Assembly: GCA_009861545.1 (NCBI GenBank)
Contig: VXME01000025.1
Coordinates: 2,346 to 66,345 of the forward strand
Origin: Acidobacteriota bacterium
GTDB taxonomy: Bacteria; Acidobacteriota; Vicinamibacteria; Vicinamibacterales; UBA8438
DNA: 64,000 bases
Direction of reading: 5' to 3'
Position 1 is the stretch's first letter, and every line of letters begins with the position of its first letter. This document shows positions 47,411 through 56,770 of the stretch, piece after piece. Both the position numbers and the translations under genes were made by a program. The notes below the pieces were generated by a model. That model searched no databases. It had not been told where the DNA came from and saw only the letters and a list, made by a program, of their open reading frames with translations.

Positions 47411-48574
47411 CTACAAGGCGGACGAGAGCATGGTGGACCGCATCCGCTTCAACGCGCGTAGTCGACGTTCTACCGAGGAGCACGCCGCCCTCACGCCGCC
47501 TGCCCTTCGGAGGATGGCATCCTGGATGTCAGACGACGGTAACGCAATGGATAGCCGGCGGACGGCGTGCCCATTGATCTTCTTCATGCTTGCGCTCGTC
47601 CCGGCCGCGAAGCACTCAATCTGTCGTCGCCCCGCCGCCGAACGGAGATACAGTTCCAGGAAGTGAGGACGAGCAACGGATCGGTCCGGTCGCAATCTCA
47701 TCATCGTATCCGGCCATGACACGTCGCATCGATCCTCGTTGAAGATGCCCGACAACCCGACGCGCTCACGCGTATTGGAGCGAGAAATCAATAGGTCACC
47801 TGCCTCAACGACGGAGTTGAGCATGGCGGGGGTTCGCTGGACTTGCTTGAGCCGTCCGGGACGATACCCGGACTTCGTTAGCGCATCGAGCCCCAGTACC
47901 CAGTGTCCGGTCGGAGTAGACGATTCGATGGCCGAACAGCCGTTTCGAGGCGCTTCGGTCAACAAGGAACCAAGTGCGACGCCTCTCGTGTCGGAGTTGG
48001 CGACCAAGGTGTCGAACACGCTGGCCTGCGCTAACTGCGCAGCTTCGACAAGTGCAAAGAGAGCCTCCGTAGCGCGGTCAATCTCCCGAAGAGTGACAGC
48101 GATCCGACGCTGTTCGTCCAGCGGCGGCAGGGCGAACTCGTACGTCGCGAGACTCTGCCAGTTGGTCCGAGGCGACAGAGACCCTGCCGATGTGCCGATG
48201 GCGTGCTTGAAAAACGCATCGGTCTGGCAGATAAACGGTAGCAGTTTCGGCAGCAGGTAGCCCTTGTTCCTCGACTCCAGCACGTAGATATCCCCGCTAC
48301 AGACGCCGCTGAAATCCGGGACGGCGACCTTGCGGAGGTAAGCGCGGCGCTTTCCGAACAACACTTGACCGGGCCGGAAGAGGCTCGTGAACGTGGTGCC
48401 GCCGCCCACGTCGCCCCAGCGTCGAATCGCAAGTTCGCCGGGGTCCAGATGCTCCAGGCCGACGTAGCGACCGACGCCAGCGGCCTCGGGACTTGACGAC
48501 CGTTCGGGGCTGCGCTTGACGACATCCCCGAAGGCGACCAGCGTCCAGCCGGGCTTGAGCTTGGCGCTACCCAT
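47411..48574 (-). CDS. hsdS: type I restriction-modification specificity subunit
   Basis: Two TRD-like halves with conserved spacers ('LPPLDEQRRIA', 'ALPSSDIQDAI'). The start overlaps the hsdM stop by 8 nt. Confidence 0.85.
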   Translation of the reverse strand: MGSAKLKPGWTLVAFGDVVKRSPERSSSPEAAGVGRYVGLEHLDPGELAIRRWGDVGGGTTFTSLFRPGQVLFGKRRAYLRKVAVPDFSGVCSGDIYVLESRNKGYLLPKLLPFICQTDAFFKHAIGTSAGSLSPRTNWQSLATYEFALPPLDEQRRIAVTLREIDRATEALFALVEAAQLAQASVFDTLVANSDTRGVALGSLLTEAPRNGCSAIESSTPTGHWVLGLDALTKSGYRPGRLKQVQRTPAMLNSVVEAGDLLISRSNTRERVGLSGIFNEDRCDVSWPDTMMRLRPDRSVARPHFLELYLRSAAGRRQIECFAAGTSASMKKINGHAVRRLSIALPSSDIQDAILRRAGGVRAACSSVERRLRALKRMRSTMLSSAL

Positions 48575-50096
48575 CGGATCGGCTCTCCGCAGCGATCCGC
48601 TCGATCATCGCGACCACGTCTTCCATCTCCGACCAGAACGCTTTGTTGCCGGCGTCGAAATCGCTCCACGCGTCCCGCAGATCACCTCCAATCTGGGTGT
48701 CGGTGTCCGAGTGAGCGATCCGCGGGACGTAGCGGGGAATGGACAAGTTGCCGTCGTTGGCAAGCACGTCGTCGTTGGGCACGACGGCGGCGATTCCAGG
48801 CTCGGCGCCGAACGCGTCGTACGCCGTCAGGATCCGCTTCTGATGCTCCGGCGTCAGGAAGCTCTGCGCCCGCTCCCGCGCTACTTGTCGAACCGCGTCG
48901 ATGAACAGCACCTTGCCGCGGCGCTCGGGCGGCTTCCGCGTCCGGCAGACCACGACGCACGCCTCCATCGGCGAGTTGTAGAACAGGTTCGGCCCCAAGC
49001 CGAGCACGCACTCGATGAGGTCGCGCTCGATCAGGGCGCGCCGCATCGCTGCCTCCTCCTGCCGGAACAGGACGCCGTGCGGGAAGAGGATGGCGCAACG
49101 GCCGGTACTCCGGTCGAGGCTCTCGAGAATGTGCTGAAAGAAGGCGTAGTCGGCCCGTCCCTGCGGCGGCGTGCCGAGGATGTTGCGGCCCCACGGGTCG
49201 TCGAGCCACGCGTCCCGGTTCCAGGTCTTGATCGAATACGGCGGATTGGCGAGCACCACGTCGAACCTCATCAGGCGGTCCCGCTCGATGAAGGCGGGAT
49301 CGCTCAGCGCGTTGCCAACGGCGATCCGGAAGTCCTCGACGCCGTGCAGCACGAGGTTCATCCGCGCAATGGACGCCGTCGTGCCGATGATCTCCTGGCC
49401 GTAGAGGCCGAGCGTCCGGGCATCGCCGCCGTTGCGCCGCACCTCCGCCAGCGCGGAGATGAGCATGCCGCCGGTGCCGGCCGTCGGGTCGTAGATGCGC
49501 TCGCCCGACCGCGGCCGGAGCATCCGGGTCATCAGGTGCACCAGCGTCCGGTTGGTGTAGAACTCCTGCGCCGTGTGGCCGCTGTCGTCGGCGAACTGCT
49601 TGACGAGGTACTCGTAGGCGTTGCCCAGCTCGTCTTCCGGCACCGCGGCGAGGCTCAGCGTGTGCTTCGAGAAGTGCTCGACCAGGTTCTTGAGCGTCTC
49701 GTCCGGCATCTGCGCCTTGTCGGTCCAGGGCGCGTTCCCGAAGACGCCGGCGAGACGCTCCGGGTTGCCTGTCTCGATGGCGCGGAACGCGTTGCGCAGC
49801 GTCCGGCCCACATCGCGCGCCGCACGGCGGACATCGGACCAGTGCGCCCCGGTCGGGATGACGAACCGGTCGTTGGCGGTCGCCTCTGCGTACCCGCGGT
49901 CGCCGGTCTCATCGAAGGCGTGCCCGTAGTCCTCGTCCCACACGTCCGAGAGGCGCTTGAAGAAGAGCAGCGGGAAGACGTACTGCTTGTAGTCGCCGGC
50001 GTCGATCAGTCCCCGCAGGAGGTTGGCCGCCCTCCAGAGGTACGACTCCAGTGCCTGCTGGCCCAGGTGCCGCGGGGAGGGATGCGCGTCAGCCAC
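48567..50096 (-). CDS. hsdM: type I restriction-modification N6-adenine DNA methyltransferase subunit
   Basis: GTG start at 'VADAHPSPRHLGQQALESYLWRAANLLRG..YKQYVFPLLFFKRLSDVWDE' (HsdM N-terminal domain). 'YDPTAGTGGML' is the AdoMet motif I and 'ANPPYS' is motif IV. Confidence 0.9.
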   Translation of the reverse strand: MADAHPSPRHLGQQALESYLWRAANLLRGLIDAGDYKQYVFPLLFFKRLSDVWDEDYGHAFDETGDRGYAEATANDRFVIPTGAHWSDVRRAARDVGRTLRNAFRAIETGNPERLAGVFGNAPWTDKAQMPDETLKNLVEHFSKHTLSLAAVPEDELGNAYEYLVKQFADDSGHTAQEFYTNRTLVHLMTRMLRPRSGERIYDPTAGTGGMLISALAEVRRNGGDARTLGLYGQEIIGTTASIARMNLVLHGVEDFRIAVGNALSDPAFIERDRLMRFDVVLANPPYSIKTWNRDAWLDDPWGRNILGTPPQGRADYAFFQHILESLDRSTGRCAILFPHGVLFRQEEAAMRRALIERDLIECVLGLGPNLFYNSPMEACVVVCRTRKPPERRGKVLFIDAVRQVARERAQSFLTPEHQKRILTAYDAFGAEPGIAAVVPNDDVLANDGNLSIPRYVPRIAHSDTDTQIGGDLRDAWSDFDAGNKAFWSEMEDVVAMIERIAAESRSDG

Positions 50097-50137
50097 GTTC
50101 CTGTGCTCTCGGTCAGCCGTTGCCCGGCGCGATTGCG

Positions 50138-51643
50138 TCACTCCAGCCAGCCATCCTCGACCAGCACGCGTCGCAGGCGATCCTCGGCGGCGCGGGCTTC
50201 CGTCAACGCCGTCTTGAAGGCAGCCAGCGCCTCGGGCAGCGGCGGGATGTCCTGGCCGATGGGCGGCAGGACGTAGCGAGAGATGTTGAGCGTCCAGTCT
50301 TCGCCCTCGATGTCCTCCGTCGAGACGACCTTGGCCCGGTTCTCCACGTCCCGGAAACGCCGCACCCAACCGACGATCTGTTCGGCATGCCCCGGGTCGA
50401 GGAAGTTCTGCGCCCGGCCCTTGCGGAACAGGCTCGACGCGTCGATCACGATCACCCTGCCGCGCCGGCCGTGTCGCTTCGCGCGGCGCAGCGTCACCAC
50501 CGCCGGGGCGAGACCCGTGCCGTGGAAGATGTTGGGCGCGAGCCCGATCACCGCCTCGATCAGATCCTGCTCCAGCAGCGCCCGGCGGATGCGTCCCTCC
50601 GCGCCCTTGCGGAACAGCGCCCCCTGCGGCAGCACGACAGCCATCCGGCCCGAATCTTCCGCCATCGACGCCACCATCTGCTGGACCCAGGCGTAGTCGC
50701 CGTAGCTCGCCGGCGGCAGGCCGAAGGCGGCGCGGCCCCACGGATCCGCCTCCCACACCTCGCGGCCCCACTCCTTGAGCGAGAACGGCGGGTTGGCGAT
50801 GACGCAGTCGAACGTCGCCAGAGCGCCGGACGCGTCGGTGAAGGCCGGGCCGCGGAGCGTGTCGTTCTGCTCGATCCGGAAGTCCTCGACGCCGTGCAGC
50901 ACGAGGTTCATGCGCGCAATCGACGACGTGGTCAGGTTCTTCTCCTCGCCGAAGATGCGACCGAAGAAGGTCCGCGGGTCGCCGCCGGCCCGCTCGACGT
51001 GCTCGATCGCACCGAGCAACATGCCGCCGGTGCCGCAGGCCGGATCGTAGATGCTCTCGCCCTCCTGCGGATCGAGCAGATCGACCATCATCCGCACCAC
51101 GCTCCGTGGGGTGTAGAACTCACCCGCCTTCTTGCGCCGCGTGATGTCGGCGAACTTGCCGATCAGGTACTCGTAGGCGTCGCCGAGGATGTCGGACCCG
51201 ACCTTCGTGTTGCCCAGCGGCACCACGGACAGTCCCTCGATGAGGTCCTTGAGCAACTCGTCGCCGAGCATCTCGCGGTTGCCCCAGTCGGCCGCGCCGA
51301 AGACGCGCGTCAAGGTGTGGGGGTTGGCCCGTTCGATCGCCCGCATCGCCCGCGCCAGCGCCGTGCCGACACGGGCCGGCGTCTCGCGGACGTCCCGCCA
51401 GTGGCACGCGTCCGGCAGCTTGAAGCGGTGCAGCTCGGGAAAGACGCCCAGGTCGATGTCGCCGTATTCCTCCCGCGCCTCGGCCGTCTCCTCGTCCCAG
51501 ACGTCGCTGATCCGCTTGAAGAACAGCAGCGGAAGGATGTAGCCCTTCCAGTCCGTCCGGTCGACGGCGCTGCCGCGGAGAATCTCCGCGCACCTCCACA
51601 GCTCGGACTTCAAATCCTTCAGGGTCAGTTGATTCGCCGGCAT
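50138..51643 (-). CDS. hsdM: second type I N6-adenine DNA methyltransferase subunit (tandem paralog, no own hsdS)
   Basis: 'LKSELWRCAEILRGSAVDRTDWKGYILPLLFFKRISDVWDEE', 'YDPACGTGGML' and 'ANPPFS'. Collinear with 48567..50096. Confidence 0.9.
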   Translation of the reverse strand: MPANQLTLKDLKSELWRCAEILRGSAVDRTDWKGYILPLLFFKRISDVWDEETAEAREEYGDIDLGVFPELHRFKLPDACHWRDVRETPARVGTALARAMRAIERANPHTLTRVFGAADWGNREMLGDELLKDLIEGLSVVPLGNTKVGSDILGDAYEYLIGKFADITRRKKAGEFYTPRSVVRMMVDLLDPQEGESIYDPACGTGGMLLGAIEHVERAGGDPRTFFGRIFGEEKNLTTSSIARMNLVLHGVEDFRIEQNDTLRGPAFTDASGALATFDCVIANPPFSLKEWGREVWEADPWGRAAFGLPPASYGDYAWVQQMVASMAEDSGRMAVVLPQGALFRKGAEGRIRRALLEQDLIEAVIGLAPNIFHGTGLAPAVVTLRRAKRHGRRGRVIVIDASSLFRKGRAQNFLDPGHAEQIVGWVRRFRDVENRAKVVSTEDIEGEDWTLNISRYVLPPIGQDIPPLPEALAAFKTALTEARAAEDRLRRVLVEDGWLE

Positions 51644-51768
51644 GGGCCGGCGATATGCTATTCGTTCTCTCGGTCAGCTTGCACGAATCGGCTCGGCACG
51701 GGCCGACACAGCGAGCCCTGACAAACCGTAGCTGCCTCGCTTCCGAACGGCTCGCAGGAGCCATCCGG

Positions 51769-52485
51769 TCATACCGGCGTGAGGGTGACCGATGCGCGGG
51801 TGAAGTAGATCGCCGTCCGGCTCTCGAATCCCGAGTCGACCCCGAACAGCAGCCAGGCCCGGCCATCGGGAGCTACCGTGATCGGGTCTGGTACCGGTCG
51901 GCCCTGGAAGGACTTGCGTTCCCACCGACGCGCCTGCTCGCAGCGTCTGGAGTTGGCGACGTTGCCGAGCACCACGCCCTGCGCACCGCCGGCGGACTGG
52001 TTGCCGATGTCGATGTTCATCCGCAGGTAGGAGCCGTCGCGGATCGGGAGCGGTTCGACGGCGGTTGCGCCGGCCTTGATCCAGACGCTCTCGCCCGGCG
52101 CGCCGCCGACGCCGATGCACCCGGCCGGCGTATTGGTGGCGATTTCCACGCTGACGGTCACGCTGTAGCGCGCACCGGGCGACAGGCCGCCGGCGGGTCC
52201 CTTGAAGAACATGAAGAGGTCGTCGCTCCGGTTGATTCCGGAGAGGAACAGGGCGGACTGCGGCTCCAGCGGGGGCGGGAGCGCGCGGTAGTCGGCGGTC
52301 AACTCGTAGATCGCGGCATGGGCGGGTGGATAGTCGGCGAAGCCGGCGATGAAACCCTGCGGTCCGCGACTGAAGTCGAAGGTGAACGTCAGCGCCTCCG
52401 TCGGCTCGCTCGGATGGCCCGAGCAACCGCCGGCGAACGCGGCGGCCAGCAGGGCCGCGGCGGCGAAGCGGGAATGCGGACCCAT
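51769..52485 (-). CDS. lipoprotein, hypothetical
   Basis: 'AAALLAAAFAGGCSG' is lipobox-like. Native-looking high G+C; no family recognised. Confidence 0.6.
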   Translation of the reverse strand: MGPHSRFAAAALLAAAFAGGCSGHPSEPTEALTFTFDFSRGPQGFIAGFADYPPAHAAIYELTADYRALPPPLEPQSALFLSGINRSDDLFMFFKGPAGGLSPGARYSVTVSVEIATNTPAGCIGVGGAPGESVWIKAGATAVEPLPIRDGSYLRMNIDIGNQSAGGAQGVVLGNVANSRRCEQARRWERKSFQGRPVPDPITVAPDGRAWLLFGVDSGFESRTAIYFTRASVTLTPV

Positions 52486-52492
52486 CGGGAGC

Positions 52493-53206
52493 TCAGCCGC
52501 ACATCGCCCGCGCCAGCGCCGCGAAGTCCTCGACGATCAGATCGGGCTGGTGCGGCGTATCGCCGAAGGGGCGCCGGCGGCGGTCGATGAATGCGGTGCG
52601 CATGCCGTAGGCCTTGGCGCCGATGCAGTCGAACGCGTGGTTGGCGACGAACAGCACGCTCGAACGGTCGACGCCCAGCAGCTCGCACGCCTTCGCGTAG
52701 GTCGCATGGTGCGGCTTGAAGCAGCCGGCCTCCTCCACCGAGATCACCGCGTCGAAGTCGAATCCGATGTGCGGCTTCGCCGCCTCCAGCATGTCGCGAT
52801 CGCCGTTGGAGAGGATGGCAAGCCGATACCGTTTACGCAGCCGGCCGAGGGCCTCCAGCACGTCGGGAAAGGGCTTCAGGCGCTCGATGCAGGAGACCAG
52901 TCGACGCACCTCGTCGTGGGTGTGGTCGATGCCGGCGCGGCGCATGACCTGCGCCACCGCGCAGTGGCCGATCTGCCGGTAGGAAGTGTGGCCGCGGCCG
53001 CACAGCGAATCGATCATGGAATCCTCGAAGTGCGTGCGCCGCCACCAGGTGACGAAGCGGTGCGGGTCGCCGGGCCAGCCCTTGGCGGCCAGGAACGGTT
53101 TCGCCATCTCGGTCAGTCCCCCCTGCATGTCCACGACCGTGCCGTACTGGTCGAACATCAGGGTGGTGACCTCCCGGCGCAGAAGGCCGGCCTCGGTGGC
53201 GTTCAT
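52493..53206 (-). CDS. HAD-superfamily hydrolase, haloacid dehalogenase type II-like
   Basis: 'LMFDQYGTVVDM' (DxYGT), 'LAILSNGD' and 'CFKPH'. Confidence 0.8.
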   Translation of the reverse strand: MNATEAGLLRREVTTLMFDQYGTVVDMQGGLTEMAKPFLAAKGWPGDPHRFVTWWRRTHFEDSMIDSLCGRGHTSYRQIGHCAVAQVMRRAGIDHTHDEVRRLVSCIERLKPFPDVLEALGRLRKRYRLAILSNGDRDMLEAAKPHIGFDFDAVISVEEAGCFKPHHATYAKACELLGVDRSSVLFVANHAFDCIGAKAYGMRTAFIDRRRRPFGDTPHQPDLIVEDFAALARAMCG

Positions 53207-53711
53207 GACGTGGCTATTCTGCCCGCAGGGCGGTCACCAGGTCGAGCCTGGTCCGGGAACGTCTCTCTCCGCTCGACCGTCGACCCTGCCGGCTACAGGT
53301 CGAATCCGGAACTTCCGATAGCTCCAACAGGAGAGCTCGCAGATGTCACAGTTCATGACCTGTCACGAGACAGGCAACCGGCGCCCTCGGCGGATCCTCG
53401 TACACGAAGTCGCCAAGGTCGAGCCTCGAGCCCCGGCGTGGGCCATCTTCAGTCCCACGACGATTACGTTGCGATCCGGCGAGCGGGTGCAGGTCATCGA
53501 GCCGCCCTGCACCGTGCGTGAAATGACCCGCCGCGCGACGGGCGAGAACGGCGCGTAGCAGGCAATCCACGCGGTCCCCGTGTCCGGAGCTCGCTACGGG
53601 CCTACTCCGCTCGCAGCGCGCTCATGGGGTCGAGTCGGGCGGCCCGGCGCGCCCCGCCCGATTCCCGCGTAACCGCTGACGCCCCTTCGAGCCGCAGGCG
53701 ACCACAGGCAC

Positions 53712-54722
53712 ATGGAGATCCGCGTCCTTTCCGCCACCGACATTCGGCGCGCGCTCACCGCACGGGACGCGGTGGACGCCATGCGCATCGCGTTCGGCGA
53801 GCTGTCCGCCGGCACGGCCACGGTCCCGGTCCGCAGCCACCTGGAGAGCGCCCGCGGGCTCATGCTGGTCATGCCGGCCGTGCTCGGCAACCACCGAGCC
53901 CTCGGCACGAAGGTGGTGTCGGTCTTTCCGGACAATCCCTCGCGGGGCGCGCCGATGGTGCAGGGCGCGGTCCTGCTTCTCGACGCGGAGACGGGCCGCG
54001 CCCGCGCGTTGCTCGACGGGGCGTCGCTGACCGCGGTGCGCACTGCCGCCGGCAGCGCGCTCGCCACGGAGCTGCTCGCGCCCCGCGACGCCGACACGCT
54101 GACCGTGTTCGGGGCCGGCGCGCAAGGACGGTCGCACGTCGAGCTGCTCGCGCGGACGCGCCGGCTGCGGGAAGTGCGGATCGTGTCGCGGTCGGAGACC
54201 AGCGCCGAGCGCCTGGCCGCCCGACTGTCGGAGGTCGCGGACGCCCTGACGCCGGAGCTCGATCCGGGTCCGCCGCCGGTCGTGCGCGCGGTCCGTGACC
54301 CGGCCGAGGCGCTCGATGGCGCGCGCCTGATCGTGACGGCGACCAGCAGCAGCAGCCCGGTGTTCGACGCTCGCGACCTGGCGCCGGGCGCGCACGTGAA
54401 CGCCGTCGGCTCCTACCGCCCCGACATGCAGGAGATCGACCCGGATGTGCTGCGGCGCGCCCGCGTGGTGGTGGATCAGCGCGAGGCGGCGTGGCAGGAA
54501 GCGGGCGACCTCGTCATGCCCCTGGAATCCGGACTGATCGGAAACGACGCCGTCGACGCAGAGCTAGGAGAGATCGTGAACGGGAAGGCGCCGCCCGGAC
54601 CCGGAGATCGCGACTGCACCCTGTTCAAGTCCGTCGGCAACGCCGCCCAGGACATCGCGATCGCAGCCGCCGCCCTGGCCGGAGCCGAACGAGCGGACCT
54701 CGGGGTTGTGGTGCCGCTGTGA
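53712..54722 (+). CDS. ornithine cyclodeaminase / mu-crystallin family protein
   Basis: 'DAVDAMRIAFGELSAG', 'LTAVRTAAGSALATELLA' and 'LTVFGAGAQG' (Rossmann) are family-typical. Confidence 0.85.
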   Translation: MEIRVLSATDIRRALTARDAVDAMRIAFGELSAGTATVPVRSHLESARGLMLVMPAVLGNHRALGTKVVSVFPDNPSRGAPMVQGAVLLLDAETGRARALLDGASLTAVRTAAGSALATELLAPRDADTLTVFGAGAQGRSHVELLARTRRLREVRIVSRSETSAERLAARLSEVADALTPELDPGPPPVVRAVRDPAEALDGARLIVTATSSSSPVFDARDLAPGAHVNAVGSYRPDMQEIDPDVLRRARVVVDQREAAWQEAGDLVMPLESGLIGNDAVDAELGEIVNGKAPPGPGDRDCTLFKSVGNAAQDIAIAAAALAGAERADLGVVVPL

Positions 54723-55050
54723 AGCCGCGGCGGCGCCCACACCGGCTGTGTCGTCCGGGTGGCGCGGCTGGCGTGCACGTGATTGCACTTGCGGGAGATG
54801 CCGATGCGTAGTACTTTGATTGGATGGACGCGCTTCTGGCCCAGGCTCCGACCATAGGCACCATCCTCGTCGCCGGGTTCTCCATCTGGCGTAGTCTCTC
54901 CCGGCGCCTGGACCGGCTCGAGGACCGCTGGGACCGCCATCTCGAGTGGCACGCCAACCGGCACGAGTAGCGCGGCCGGTCGCTTCCTGTCGGGGTCGTT
55001 CGAGCGCGGAAGGCAAAGCGCGACGCCCGACCGACCGCTACACTGCCTGC

Positions 55051-55977
55051 ATGCCGCAGTCCCGCCTGTTCGTGGCCTGGCGTCAACGCCGTCTTCGTAT
55101 CGCCGTGTCCGCCGCCGGACTCGTGCTGCTCGTCTACGCCGGCTTGTCCTTGGTGGTCGCCGAGACGCTGACGAAACCCTACCGCCGCGCCCTGGCATCG
55201 TCGCCGGCCGACTTCGACCTCGCCTACGAGGACGTGACCTTCCCGAGCACCGGCGACGCCATCCCGCTGCGCGGCTGGTTCGTGCCCGCCGCCGGGAGCG
55301 ACCGCGTGGTGCTCATCGTCCACGGCCGCAACTCGAATCGTGCTGGCGACAACGGGCAGCACGTACCGAACGCGGCGGCACTCGTGGCGCGAGGCTACAA
55401 CGCGCTGCTCTTCGACCTCCGCGGCCACGGGGAGTCCGACGGCGTGCGCTACACCCTGGGAACGGCCGAGCAACGCGACGTGCTGGGCGCGGTCGCCTAC
55501 CTCGAGGACCGCGGATTCGCACCGGAGCGGATGGGATTCTGGTCGCATTCGATGGGCGCCGCCACCGTTCTGCTGGCAGCCGCCGTCTCGCCGGACGTGC
55601 GCACCATCGTCGCGGACAGCAGCTTCGCCCGACTGGAGGATCTGCTGGACAGGGAGTTGCCGCGCGCGAGCGGACTGCCCGGCTTCTTCAACCCGCCGAT
55701 CCTCTTCTTCGCCCGGACCGTGTTCGGTGCCGACGCGCGGGTCCTGAACCCGGTGGAGGTGGTCGCCGGGCTTCCGCCGGACTCGCTGTTCATCATCCAT
55801 GGCGAGGCGGACGGGCTCATCCCGGTCGATCACGCGCGGCGCATCGCGGCGGCGGCCGGACCGGCCGTCTACGATCTGTGGATCGTCCCCAACGCGCGCC
55901 ACGACCGGGTGTCGGAGGTCTCCCCGGAGCAGTACGAAGAGCGCGTGCTAACGTTCTTCGACGAGAAGCTGCCGTGA
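55051..55977 (+). CDS. membrane-anchored alpha/beta hydrolase
   Basis: Start moved to 'MPQSRLFVAWRQRRLRIAVSAAGLVLLVYAG' (TM anchor). 'VVLIVHGRNS', nucleophile elbow 'WSHSMGAA' and 'IIHGEADGLIP' are present. Confidence 0.8.
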   Translation: MPQSRLFVAWRQRRLRIAVSAAGLVLLVYAGLSLVVAETLTKPYRRALASSPADFDLAYEDVTFPSTGDAIPLRGWFVPAAGSDRVVLIVHGRNSNRAGDNGQHVPNAAALVARGYNALLFDLRGHGESDGVRYTLGTAEQRDVLGAVAYLEDRGFAPERMGFWSHSMGAATVLLAAAVSPDVRTIVADSSFARLEDLLDRELPRASGLPGFFNPPILFFARTVFGADARVLNPVEVVAGLPPDSLFIIHGEADGLIPVDHARRIAAAAGPAVYDLWIVPNARHDRVSEVSPEQYEERVLTFFDEKLP

Positions 55978-56154
55978 AGAAGTTGCAGCACGCGTCAGGC
56001 CCCGGCCCCACCGCCCCGGGAACCTGCGCGGCGGAACTCACTCCGTTGCGTTCTACGGCACAGGCTCCTAGACTGCCTTCAGCACCCGCACGTACGCACG
56101 CACCCGCGCGGCCGCCCCCGGCGGGGGGCGCGCGGCGGGTGCGGGAGGACGTCG

Positions 56155-56718
56155 ATGAGCGCCATCGGAGCGGATGAACTGGTGCGGCGGCTCGATGCCG
56201 CCGTCAGCGCCGGGGACGTGGAGACGATCACCCGGCAGGTACAGAACGAGATCGAGAACGTCCTGCAGCCGGGCCGGCTACGGCTCGACGAGCGGTTCCG
56301 GCGCACGCTGCAGGACCACTATGCCCGGCGTCTGCTGTACCGCGATCCGGCGCGCCGCTACACCATCCTGGTGCTGGCGTGGGCCCCCGGCCAGGGGACG
56401 CCGATCCACGACCACCCCAATCTCTGGAGCGTCGAGGGGGTGCTGGAAGGGGAGCTGGAGGTGACCCACTACACCCCGATCAAGGAAGAGGCGCACCGCT
56501 GCAAGTTCGCGCCGGTCGAGTCGCACCGCGTCGTCGCCGGCGAGGCCAACTTTCTGATTCCCCCGTTCGAGTACCACGCCCTGACGAACGACCTGACCGA
56601 CCAGCCGTGCCTGACCATCCATGCCTTCGGCGGCGAGCTGATGGAGATGAACACGTTCGATCCGGTGGGCAACGGCTGGTACGAGCGATCCCTGCGCCGG
56701 GTCTCCTACGACGCCTGA
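56155..56718 (+). CDS. cysteine dioxygenase type I-like cupin protein
   Basis: 'YARRLLYRDPARRYTILVLAWAPGQGTPIHDHPNLWSVEGVLEGEL' follows the CDO-family pattern. Confidence 0.7.
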   Translation: MSAIGADELVRRLDAAVSAGDVETITRQVQNEIENVLQPGRLRLDERFRRTLQDHYARRLLYRDPARRYTILVLAWAPGQGTPIHDHPNLWSVEGVLEGELEVTHYTPIKEEAHRCKFAPVESHRVVAGEANFLIPPFEYHALTNDLTDQPCLTIHAFGGELMEMNTFDPVGNGWYERSLRRVSYDA

Positions 56719-56770
56719 CCAGGGGCGGGATCCTCCCGGGGAACTCGTTCCACATCCGGAATCGCCCGAA

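Noticed and set aside
49322-49375. About 54-nt near-identical stretch (2 mismatches) shared by the two hsdM genes, at 49322-49375 and 50872-50925. I considered it as a possible gene-conversion tract or repeat.
   Set aside because: It encodes the conserved peptide 'IARMNLVLHGVEDFRI' in both genes. With strongly G/C-biased third positions, identical peptides give nearly identical DNA, so this is not independent evidence of recombination.
53343-53558. 71-aa ORF with a good AGGAG SD in the 505-bp divergent spacer between the HAD hydrolase and the ornithine cyclodeaminase genes.
   Set aside because: It has no recognisable family, and a similarly sized ORF exists on the opposite strand (53346..53570). 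The coding status cannot be supported from sequence alone.
54824-54970. 48-aa ORF (MDALLAQAPTIGTILVAGFSIWRSLSRRLDRLEDRWDRHLEWHANRHE) with an N-terminal TM helix and a charged helix.
   Set aside because: It has no SD, it is short, and its topology is opposite to the two DUF1640-like ORFs. The support is insufficient to call a gene.
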